NCBI RefSeq assembly: GCF_018977255.1
Contig: NW_024704768.1
Span: forward strand, 3,720,001 to 3,784,000
Source of the DNA: Callorhinchus milii
Taxonomy: Eukaryota
DNA: 64,000 nucleotides
Direction of reading: 5' to 3'
In this document: in pieces, positions 1 to 10,198 of the stretch
Numbering within the stretch: position 1 is the first letter of the stretch
Layout: the number at the start of each line of letters is the position of its first letter
The notes under the pieces: model-generated
Told to the model about the DNA's origin: nothing
Databases searched by the model: none
Seen by the model: the letters and a program-made list of their open reading frames with translations, nothing else
Program-made: the position numbers and the translations under genes

Positions 1-304
1 TGAGGAACGAGCAGTAAGCCAGAAGCCTTTCACCCAGGCCCAGTTTTGGTCAAAAACCTGCCTGCCCGCCTCGGAAACCCAGTCATTAAAAACCCTCCTC
101 TTGTTTTCCTTCTTGCGTTGGCAGATGTGCCCCCACCCCCGAGACCTCTCTTAATTGTCAGAAAACAGGTGGGTGTCATGCCAACCGGCTTGTGCTCAGG
201 TGAGCCTAGGTTCTCCTCTGTGTATTCTGTTGCTGAGGGAGATACTGAGTTGCAGGATCAGAGCTATTTGCATGTTGCTGGGTTACTCCTTGTTGTTTTC
301 ATCG

Positions 305-432
305 GCCAAGTAGGTGTCTGACACGTGCGGAAACCCATCACCGTTGCTCAAGAGTCTCCAAACCCAACTGAGAATTCCTGGCCTCCCACCTACACATGGA
401 AATCCCAGGGAGAGATCGTTGGAATGGAACGA

Positions 433-471
<39 letters not shown>

Positions 472-545
472 GGAGGGACGCACCCTCCTTACCGAATTCC
501 GGAAAGTATTTGGCGCAGGTTGGCGAGAGCCAAGGCTTGGGGTGG
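305..545. repeat. Unclassified dispersed repeat
   Basis: TGTCTGACACGTGCGGAAACCCATCACCGTTGCT...GGCGCAGGTTGGC...AGCCAAGG also occurs at ~29418-29610 and ~38903-39095, and partially reversed at ~42355-42395. Confidence 0.65.
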
Positions 546-596
546 GGGGAAGCCTTTGGCTTGCAGGGTTAACAGGAGCCGAGTTGGGTCACTTAC

Positions 597-760
597 CTTC
601 TTCATTGAGAAATAGCTTATTGAACTTCAACCCACTGGGCTCTTTCCCCATGTAGTAGTGCACATGGTCAGTGCTGAACTCATTGACTGCGATGGCGTAC
701 ACAAGGGGCTTCACGCATGACTGTAAGCAGAAGGGAATCTTGGTGTCTCCAACTGAGTAC
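597..760 (-). CDS. GLS2: Glutaminase (GLS2) exon 6; gene continues beyond the left edge
   Basis: cag|G..G|gtaagt; encodes [54 protein letters not shown], including the catalytic S-x-x-K (QSCVKP) of glutaminases. Confidence 0.93.
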
Positions 761-914
761 CTGCGGAGAGAAGGGGTGGGGAGGGGGGAGAGAGAGAGAG
801 AGAATGAGGAGGAGTCCTGCAGCAATTTTTGTGCACAGCAACAGCTATAAAGCAAACCAACCCATTTTATCTGGGTGGGGGGAACGGTTAGGATAGAAAG
901 GCTCTCGGACTTAC

Positions 915-994
915 CTCTGCCCGTCTACTGTGCACAGAGACACCCCCCAGAGGTCGGGGCTGAACTTGGCCAGTTGAGGAATGTAATCAGCAAC
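915..994 (-). CDS. GLS2: Glutaminase (GLS2) exon 5
   Basis: cag|GTT..AG|gtaagt, 80 bp; [27 protein letters not shown], a conserved glutaminase motif; phases join the neighbouring exons. Confidence 0.93.
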
Positions 995-1151
995 CTGGCG
1001 GACGACACAGAGAGGGTTTGAGCTCAGTCTTGTCCCAAGTAACAGTGCGCCTCAGCTCAGGGTCACTCCCCAACATCACACCCTGAGACAGCAAGAGTTA
1101 TGGTGCCTCATATCTTACCCACTGACACACACACACACACTGTACCCTCAC

Positions 1152-1281
1152 ATTGCCACTGCTCTTGCTCTTGGCGTTCCCGTAGAGCCGGTTGATGTGA
1201 GAGGAGAACGTCTCAAAGTCGGGAATGATGAACCTTTTCCTGAAGGCCTGGGACAGCAACACGGTGTTGTTTCCAAAGAAC
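1152..1281 (-). CDS. GLS2: Glutaminase (GLS2) exon 4
   Basis: cag|G..AAT|gtgag, 130 bp; FFGNNTVLLSQAFRKRFIIPDFETFSSHINRLYGNAKSKSSGN. Confidence 0.92.
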
Positions 1282-2170
1282 CTGGAGTCGGGGGAGAGGA
1301 GGGGTGGTGGTGGGGACGGGCGGGCGGGCGGGGTGTTGGGGGGAAAAACACGGAGTGAGCTGGGCAGGGAAATGGTCAACGGTTTCCAATCCAATCCTTT
1401 TTTTTTCGCGGGTGAAACGCGGCAGCTAATTTTACTCTCTCGAACCAGCTGTGAAGCAATCGAGCCATGTTAATCCGGGGGATTGTCAGCCAGGACACCG
1501 GGAAAGAGAGAGAGAGAGAGAGGGTTCTCAAAGGGCTTTACACGAATGCACTGTAAAGTGTAGTCACTATGTGATTTGTGGGCGAAACGCGACAGCCAAT
1601 TGCGCACAGCAGTGTCCCACAAACAGTCGTGGATTGAGCGACCAAATTATTATTTTTTGTGTACATATTTTTTGGAGGAGGGATTATTATCTGCCAATCG
1701 ACTAACAACCGGGTTTCTCCTGACTGCTCGGTAAACAGAAGCGTGTGTGTGGAGTGTGGAGCAAGGAAACTTGCCTAAGGTGGAATCGAACCCCCCCCCC
1801 CCCCCCACCCCACCACCGGTTATGTAACAGCGGAACCAATAAGTATGAAGTGCAGGAGAGAGGGTGAATATCAGGAGTGACTTTATGGCCTATAAATAGC
1901 AGCATTCCAGGACAGAATAAACTGTTATATGGTGACAGGTGCAGAGCAGAGGAGAGGCTTCCTGTGCCAGATTGGGAGGGTGGGAGAGAGAGAGAGAGAG
2001 AGAAAGTTGGAGGTGCGTCCACAAAATCCTGTTCCCCCCCCCATGATTTTTTTTTCTCTACGGTGCGCTGACCAACAACTGAGACACAAGGACGAATGAT
2101 GACACTTGCGTTTAGAAGTAGGCAATTGTATTCAGTGCAAGTGTTTAAACTTCAAATTTTAAGCGTTTAC

Positions 2171-2531
2171 AATAATTTAAAAAATAACCCTTGCGTTTGA
2201 TACAGCGCCTTATCGCCCCTTTTAGACGTCCCAAAGCGCTTCACAGAGTATACCGTAAAGCGAATTGACTGTACATTTTGTGGGCGAAACTCGGCAGCCA
2301 ATTGCGCACAGCAGCGTCCCCCACAGACAGCCGGGGATTGAGTGACCAATTTCTTGAAGGGAATATCTCCCCCGGAAAAGCCAATCAACTAACAACCGGG
2401 GTTCCTATTTACTCCCCGGTAAACAGAGGCACGCGGAGTAAGTAAACTTTCCCGTTGCTTCGCCCTGCCTGGAATCGAACCCAGCTCCTCTCGTTTGCGA
2501 GACGAGTGCTCTAACCGCTGAGCCACAGGAC
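2171..2531 (-). mobile_element. tRNA-derived SINE (same family as 52474-52798)
   Basis: Reverse complement of the tRNA head (GGAATCGAACCC...CTCTAACCGCTGAGC), the GGGCGAAAC..GCAGCCAATTGCGCACAGCAG body and the AAT tail. Confidence 0.85.
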
Positions 2532-2564
2532 CCCCACAGGCTTTAACTTTAACCTTAAAAAATG

Positions 2565-2762
2565 GGAGAGGTCTGGGGACGCACGGCCTGAAAGGCTGAT
2601 GGAAGCGCATTCGATAATGGCTTTCAAAATGGAATTGGATAGGTGCTTAAGGGCTACGGGGTAACAGCGGGGCAATGGGATTAGTCGGTGACTCTTTCAA
2701 AGAGCCGGGCACAGGCACGATGGGCCGAATGGCCTCCTTTTGTGCCGTAAGATTCTGTGACA
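2565..2762 (+). mobile_element. CR1-type LINE 3' end fragment
   Basis: AAGAGCCGGGCACAGGCACGATGGGCCGAATGGCCTCCTTTTGTGCCGTAAGATTCT tail; related copies at ~29100-29330, ~38580-38820 and reversed at ~47030-47170. Confidence 0.7.
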
Positions 2763-3182
2763 GCGAGTGGTGGGGGGAGAAGGGAATCATCCCCACTCTC
2801 GGGTGTCAGAGAGAGAGATTCACGACCCAATTGCGAGTGATCCGGTCGCACAGCTCAGTGACAGGAACACTCGATACCCGGAGAAAACGACCGCTTGACA
2901 TTTGCAGTCACAGCTGAGGTTCTCCGTGGCGGCGCCCGGCAGTTAAACCAGACGGCAACCGGGCGGGTCCTGAGGTTTTCAGCCCGAATCAGCTCCGATC
3001 TCTGGGTCAGAGGCTGTGAGCTCAGTCACCATTGTTCAAGTTCCTTTCCCCCACACCCCCTCCACCTTCCCCCCACCGCCACTCTTCCCTGTCCCACGTC
3101 AAAGCCGCTGTATAAGTGCAAGTTGTCGTCATGATTATTGTATAATTATTGTCGCGTGTTGAGCCACATTGCCGTTAGTTAC

Positions 3183-3304
3183 TTCCTGAAGAGATGGCGG
3201 TCGAGCAGCGTGAGGCTGGGGGAGCTCTGTGTCGCCTCTCGCAGCTGATCCATGCACTGCTTCAGCCGGGGGTCAGACGTCAGTAGACCTGTGGATTTCA
3301 GGGC
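3183..3304 (-). CDS. GLS2: Glutaminase (GLS2) exon 3 (EF-hand-like N-terminal region)
   Basis: cag|GCC..AA|gtaact, 122 bp; [41 protein letters not shown]. Confidence 0.92.
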
Positions 3305-3483
3305 CTGGGTTTGAGGGGAACAGATACAGAAAAAAGTCAGAGTCAGTGGCTGAACTATAGGGTCCCTGAAACTTCCCGAAAGCCTCCCCCACCCCCCCCA
3401 AATGTGGTCACTCAACCCACGTAATTGGCTGACGCGTTTCACCCACAAAATACACAGTCACTCCACTATACGGTATATCCTAC

Positions 3484-3583
3484 CCTGATGAAGGTGGGAA
3501 CGGGTATCTCTTCCCGGCCGTGGCTGATGGTGTAGAACAACAGGTCCTCCAAGCCATGTATTAGGCTGGCTTTGTGTTTCCTC
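3484..3583 (-). CDS. GLS2: Glutaminase (GLS2) exon 2
   Basis: cag|G..AGG|gtagga, 100 bp; RKHKASLIHGLEDLLFYTISHGREEIPVPTFIR with the LEDLLFYTI motif. GLS2 rather than GLS is inferred from the neighbours NAB2, NEMP1, DNAJC14 and ORMDL2. Confidence 0.88.
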
Positions 3584-4797
3584 CTGAGGACAAAGTGCGG
3601 CAGTGAGGGTGGCAGCGAGAGAGAGAGAGAGCGCAAGAGAGCGAGAGAGCATGAGTGAGAGCGCGAGTGAGAGCATAGGTCAGGCACGTCACCTCCGTAA
3701 ATAATAATGATCCTTGCGTTTGACATGGGGCCTTTTCACGTGGCCGAGAACGTCTCGGAAAGGCTTCACGGAATACAGTACAGCATTTACCGAACACACA
3801 GTCAATCCAAACCATCATTGTTATCCCAATACCATAAAGTGAATCGACTACATTTCGTGGGCAAAACACGGCAGCCAATTGCGCACAAACGCTCGTGGAT
3901 TGAGCGACCACACTGTTGTTGTTATTATTGCTGTTATAACTTTGTGACCCTGTTTTCCTCTCCAGGGTCACTCAGTCCCAGCCCAATTATTCTTACGTTC
4001 CTAACGTCTATTTATAGGGAATGCAGCGAAATGGAACATCGGCGTCAGGTAGCATGCGGCGAGCGACCTGCAACCGCTCCTAACCTTGTGCTCCTCTCTT
4101 CCCTGTTCTGGCTCCTGCCCGTTCCCCATTTCTCCCCCCTCCCCATCCCATCCCATCCCATCCCACCACTGTTTGTGAGTGGGGTGTTTGAGGAATGAGC
4201 AGTAGGTTGGAATAGTAAGAGAGGAGCATTCGATGTCCCAGCACCTTGGGATGTCCTCCTGACCTGTCAAGCGCTTGTACAAATGTCGTCGTTTTTGTTG
4301 AGCGAGCACTCAGCCACTGCTCCCCACGTCCCGAGTCACTCGGGCCCCCACGTCCTCTCTCTTAGCCTTCGAAGCCGCCTCCATTGAAAGCCGATCTCTC
4401 TGCCCGCGTTTTGGTCAACACTCTCCCGCTCGCCTCGCAGCCCCCCGCCCGCGGCGTTCCGGCGCCGTGAGAGACTCCCGACAACCCCGTCCCGCCGCTC
4501 CAAGGGAACAGGGCTCGGTGACGAGTTATCGGGAGCGCATCCCCCCCCCCCCCCCAAAAAAAAAAAAATGCGGTCGCTCAATCAAGCGACATCCCACGTT
4601 GGTAGGACGTTGCTGCGCGCGATTGTCGGCCGCATTGTGCCCACAAAACGCACAGTCGATTCACTTTACGGTACATTACGTCGATGCAATCAGGTGCTGC
4701 ATCAGGTGCAAGGATTATTAGTCTTAGCCGGAGCTCTGAGCTCACCGCCCCGAGGCCGGGCTGTTGCGACTGCATAACGGAATACAGGTAACCTCAC

Positions 4798-4919
4798 CAC
4801 TTCCCTTCAAAAGGGCAACTTCTGCAATCGGTTCCAATCTCCTGTCGCAAAAGCTCAACCGCAAGCCATGCAAATCGGGGAAAGTAGCTGTCGTCTGGTC
4901 GATTGAGGCAGTTTTGCAT
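4798..4919 (-). CDS. GLS2: Candidate alternative first coding exon of GLS2
   Basis: GCCGCCG-ATG context, 40 open codons (MQNCLNRPDDSYFPRFAWLAVELLRQEIGTDCRSCPFEGK), then TG|gtgagg phase-2 donor matching the phase of exon 2. Confidence 0.5.
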
Positions 4920-5445
4920 CGGCGGCGGGTGACTTGGGTGCGGGCCGTCGAACCTCCCAGTTGCACGTCCCCGCGTGTGGATGCGCCCCTGGTAAGAGCC
5001 GATCGCTTGCGTTTGCCTCGACGCCGTCACGCTCTCGCGCTCCTCTCTCTCTCTCTCGTTCTTCCACCCCCGCCACCACCCACCACCAATCTCCGTTCTC
5101 CCCTCCCCAGGTCTCCCCCAATAATTCCTTTTATTTATAAAAAGCTTAATAACGAATTGGTCACTCGATCCGCGACTGTTTGTGGGGGACGCTGCTGCGC
5201 GCGGTCGGCTGCCGTGTTTTCGCCCGCCAAACCCGCGGTCCCCGGCGCTCCACGATACACCCCGCGAGGCGCTTCGAGCCCCCCCCCCCAGCGGCGGGGC
5301 CGAGACGCCGCGTCAGGTGCGAAGCTCACCGCGGCGATTGTAACCGTCGATCGCAACAGCACTCACAGCAACGACATCAATTCCGATTACTACACATCGT
5401 CGTTATAATTATTACGCGTTACTGTACACATTATGTGTGACTCAC

Positions 5446-5678
5446 GGTTCGCTCTGCGCAGAGACGTTCCCGTCCGCCTGTGTCAGCCCTGTCGGCTCCG
5501 GGGGGTGAGCTCCGTGACTGGCGCCGCCGCCGCCGCCGCCCGCGGGGCGCCCTGACCCGGGCCCCCTCCGCCCCGGGTCGGGGTGGGACCGAGCTCCGCC
5601 CGGGCTCGCCCCGGCTCCGCGGGTGACGAGCTGACGGACCCCCAGAGCGAAGTCGGGGAGCGATTTAAACCGATACAT
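5446..5678 (-). CDS. GLS2: GLS2 exon 1 (mitochondrial transit-peptide-like)
   Basis: CpG-rich; ATG at 5678, MYRFKSLPDFALGVRQLVTRGAG...; ends CC|gtgagt, phase 2, in frame with exon 2. Confidence 0.75.
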
Positions 5679-6664
5679 CACTGCGCTACAAGTGTTATCG
5701 ATCGCTTCCCCTCCGATACCCTCTTCTGCAACTGTGTCGATTTACTCTACAAAGTATCGATTTGTCCCCCACACACACACCCCCTCCTTTGCAACTGTAT
5801 CGATTTGTTGCCTTTAATGTATCGTTTCTAACGCACGCAGAGAGTTCCCTGACTTTGCAAAGCACTTATCGATCTGTTTCCTTCTCAAATGTATCGATAC
5901 TATTGCTCCCCCTCCTCTTCCTCCTCCTCCTCTCCCTCCCCCTCCTCCCCCTCCTCCTCCTCTCCCTCTCTCTCTCTCAAATGTATCGTTCTACTGTATC
6001 TGTCCTCNNNNNNNNNNNNNNNNNNNNNNNNNNNNNNNNNNNNNNNNNNNNNNNNNNNNNNNNNNNNNNNNNNNNNNNNNNNNNNNNNNNNNNNNNNNNN
6101 NNNNNNNNNNNNNNNNNNNNNNNNNNNNNNNNNNNNNNNNNNNNNNNNTACTGCCAGGTACATTTCACAAGGCAGTGGTGGAGGGGAGAGGGGGGGGTGA
6201 GGGGTGGATTCTGAATCATGAGTGATTCAGCAAAGGTCCAACCAGCTGTCTGTGTGTGTCTGTGTGTGTCTGTGTGTGTGGGGGGGGGGGGGGGTGGGGG
6301 GGTGTGAGACACTGACTGAGAGACAAATATAAGCTGCCGACGGTCTCTCCAACTCTGAAGAAGAATCCTCGCATCTGCTGTGGCCCCTAAAACATCGCTG
6401 CGTTTCGAAGGACAGTGCGCACGCGGTCCGTGTACTTATACTAATAATAATATAATATATATAATATAATAATAATATAATATATAATATAATAATAATA
6501 TACTATATGGTACTTGGCAGATAAACGAGCACACGAGTAAAAATGATAGTAATAATTGGGTCACTTCAATCCACGGCCGTTGGGGGCACCGTCCGCACCT
6601 CGGGAAAGATATGTTGGCTCTGGATGGTTTTAATAATAATAATAATAATAATTATCCTTGTTAC

Positions 6665-7190
6665 CCGGCTCTGAAAGGGTTAAGTTACGAGGAAAGGCTG
6701 AGTAAACTTGGATTGTATTCCCTGGAATTCAGAAGGTTGAGTGGGGGGGGATTTTTTATTCAGGTATTTAAGATGATAAAGGGATTTGATAGAGCAGATA
6801 AACAGAAGCTATTTCCTCCGGTGGGGGTGAGGGGGGGGCACCAAAACAAAGGGGAAAATAGTCTTAAAATTCGAAGCATTTTAGAGTGAAATCCGGAAGC
6901 GTTTCTTTCATTCAAAGGGGATGGTAGAATTCTGAAATTCTCTCCCTCCCCCCCCAAAAAAAAAAGGTTGAGAGATATTTCAAGGGTGAGGTTGACAGAT
7001 TGTTGGGAAGTCGGGGCGGGGCGGCGGGGGGGGGGGGGGTGGGGTGTGGGGGGGTTAAGGGCTCCGGGGAGAAAGCAGGAAATTGGAACGGAAAGGATTA
7101 CTCGAGGCACAGATCGGTCACGATCTAATTAAATGGCGGAACAGGCTCGAAGGGGCTGAATGGCCTCCTCCTGCTCCTACGTTCCTTCCT
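6665..7190 (+). mobile_element. 5'-truncated CR1 LINE (ORF2 C-terminus plus 3' UTR)
   Basis: Translates LKGLSYEERLSKLGLYSLEFRRL..IQVFKMIKGFDRAD, typical of the CR1 ORF2 end; followed by a GGGCTGAATGGCCTCCTCCTGCTCCT tail. Confidence 0.85.
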
Positions 7191-8421
7191 AATCGGCTGC
7201 TGCGTTTCTCCCACGAAATACGCCGCCAATTCACTCGCGGTGTGTCCCGCGAAGCGCTTTGGGGGGCGTCTCGAAGACGGGATAAGGCGCTCTATCAAAT
7301 GCAAGGATTATTATTATTATTTTTACCACCCGGGCACAGTAAGAGGAAGGAAGCCCTGAACTGATTGTGTACTAGATCAACGAGGATCTTTCCTGTGAAG
7401 ATCAGTTGAGCATTCTGTTCAAACAACATGTTATTAATGTTTCAAAACTAATTGTAAAAGGCTGCCGGCACCATGGAAAGGGATATTACGCATTGTTTGT
7501 ACATAATGCTGCAAGTTAATTGCTATTTTCTTTAATGAATGTTGGCTTCTTAGAACGGGTTAATGGTCCATAACTGCGATGCTTATCAGTGCAAATTAAT
7601 GGTGCGCTTCCCGGCGCAGTACATATATATATATATTTTGTGGGCAAAATGCAGCAGCGAATTGCCCACGGCAGTGTCCCACGAAGGCCATGGCCACGAG
7701 CGACCAAGTTGTTTTTGGGGGAGGGATTATTACCCCCAAATGAGACCTTAAAGTGGAGCTCCTTATCAGGTGGATGTTAATAATCAAGCAGGTATCCTGA
7801 CTCCACACGCCTCTGTTGACCCCCCAGCAGTAAATAGGAGCCCAGTTGTTTAGTCGATTGGTGCATCGCTTTCCGGGGGTAATAATTCCTCAACAAAAAA
7901 ATCGGGTCACTCAATCCACGACTGCTTGTGGGGGGGCACCGCTGTGCGCAATTGGCTGCCACGTTTCGCCCACAAAATACACAGTCAATTTACTGTACTG
8001 TATATTGCGTGCGGCGCTTCGAGACGTCTCAGCGACGTGATCAGGCGCCGTATCAAGTGGAAATATTATCATCCTTGATCCAGTGCCGAGATGCCTCGCA
8101 GGATTTTGCAGTAGACTGTAGTGATTGTACTACAAAATCAGTCGGTCCACTGCTCACGACAGTTATAAGTGCGGAGGACATCTTAATGCAAATTCCTTTG
8201 TTCGTAAAAAAAACCCTTAACTCTTAAAAGTTTTCGGTGTGCGCGAGTGAGACAGGCAGAGAAGAAGTTTAACGCTGAGTGGGTGGAATGCTTTCACAAA
8301 CACATCGATAAACCCAGTAAATGAAATGTTAAACGTGACGCAAAACTAAACGCTTTGAACAACAGGTGGCCTCTGGTTTGAAACGCACTCCAGAAATAAA
8401 TAGTGGGGCGTTGTGTGGGAT

Positions 8422-8435
8422 CCAGTAGAGGGCAC
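8422..8435 (+). promoter_or_regulatory. CTCF motif
   Basis: CCAGTAGAGGGCAC matches the CTCF core consensus. Confidence 0.55.
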
Positions 8436-10159
8436 GCTTTAATAATAATAATAATAATAACTAATAACAAGCCTCGGGTTTGATGCAGTGCGTTATCACG
8501 GCTTTGAGACGTCTCAAAACGCTTCACCGAATACACTGTAAAGTTAATTGACCGTATACTTTGTGGGCGAAATGCGGCAGCCGATTGTGCACAGCTGTGT
8601 CCCAAAGTGGATCGAGTGATCAAATTATTATTATTATTCTTTGAGGGATTATTACCCGCCAATCGACTAACAACCAGGTTCCTACTTACTGCTATGTAAA
8701 TAGAGGCGTGTGCGTGGGGTGATAATAGTAATAATAATCATAATTCAATCACTCAATCCATGACTGTTTGTGGGACACTGCTGCGCGCAATTGGCTGCCA
8801 ACTTCACCACAAAATACATAATCAATCCATTTTACCGTATGGCCTTGGAGCGTTTTGAGACGTCTCATCCATAAGAATACCCCTCGCATTCGATACGATG
8901 AGGCGCTTTTTTCACGTACCTTCGAGGCGTCTCAGAACGCTTCGCAGAACACAGCGCAAAGCGAATTGACAGTATATTCGTGGGCGAAACGCGGGAGCCA
9001 ATTGCGCGCGGCAGTGAGTGAGGCGTGATATCGAAATGCAAGGGTTTTTATTAACAGGCGGACAGGGAGCTTGGGTTAACGGCTCGTCCAAAGGATAGAT
9101 TGATCCAGGCTGATAGCAGCGTCGAATGACCTCCTTGTGTGTTGTCGAGATTCAGGTTCGAGAATCCCCAGAGAGAAAAGGAAGGGGTGTACTCTACAGT
9201 ATTTATTATTGTGGTTTCCAGTGCGGCTGAAATTATCTGTCGGATCTGAGTTCGGGGCTTTGGCTCGTAGGTCGCGTTGCTTTCTACTGTGTTTCTTACT
9301 GATGTCGGGGCCGGAAAAACGGCAGCAAATACATCTCTCGCTCTCTCTCTCTTTCTCCCTCCCTCAAAAAAAAAATAACACGCATCTTCTCGTAAATGAG
9401 ACCAGCGGCAGCTGGGGCGTCGATTGCATCTGCGACAGTCATCAGCCGAGCGAATGGGAAGCTGTGGATGAGTCATCTCTCTCAGGGCCTTGTTATTAGG
9501 TATAAAAAACAAGTCACGTCTATTTTAATTGACTGCGATTGAAGAGTTCACACCTTGCCTCAGACTGAACATTCAGACTCTCTGCTCTTCGAATAATAAT
9601 AATGATAATTGATAATCTTTGCCTTTCGTGTAGTGCCTTAGACGTCCCACAGGACATACCGTGGAGCGTGTATTTTTCTGGGCGAAACTCGGCAGCCGAT
9701 CGCTCCCAAACAGCGTCTCCCAAACAGCGGTGTTTGTGCCAAATTATTATCGTTTTATTTTATTTTCGATCGGTCGATTATCCCCGGAAAGCAACCCGGG
9801 GTTACCGCGGGGCAAACGGAGGCGCGCGCGTGGAGCGAGGGGACTCGCCCGAGCTTTCGCCCCCACCCCCCCCGCACCGGGAATCGAACTCGGATCCTCT
9901 CTCTCTCTCTCACTTGACCGCTGCTCCGCGTTACTGGTATCTCAACGGCATTGTTGTTGCGTTCTTCGTCCAAACCGACTCTCGCAAAGCTTTTCAGATA
10001 TTATCTTTTCTCACTGCTCTCTCAACAAAATCACAAAATCAACTTTTTTTGTGTGGGGGGGTGGGGGGGGGGGGTGGGGGTGGGGGTGGGGGAGGAATGG
10101 GTTTCAGTTTCAGGGGAGAAAAACACCACCACTGCACAAACCTTCTCTCTCTCTCTGAC

Positions 10160-10166
10160 ATTGTGT

Positions 10167-10198
<32 letters not shown>

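Noticed and set aside
6445-6510. AT-only stretch resembling an origin or TATA cluster
   Set aside because: Simple (TAA/TA)n low-complexity repeat like the many retroelement tails here
9051-9512. 153-aa minus-strand ORF and an overlapping plus-strand ORF upstream of GLS2
   Set aside because: No recognisable homology, no convincing splice pair, and it crosses a microsatellite
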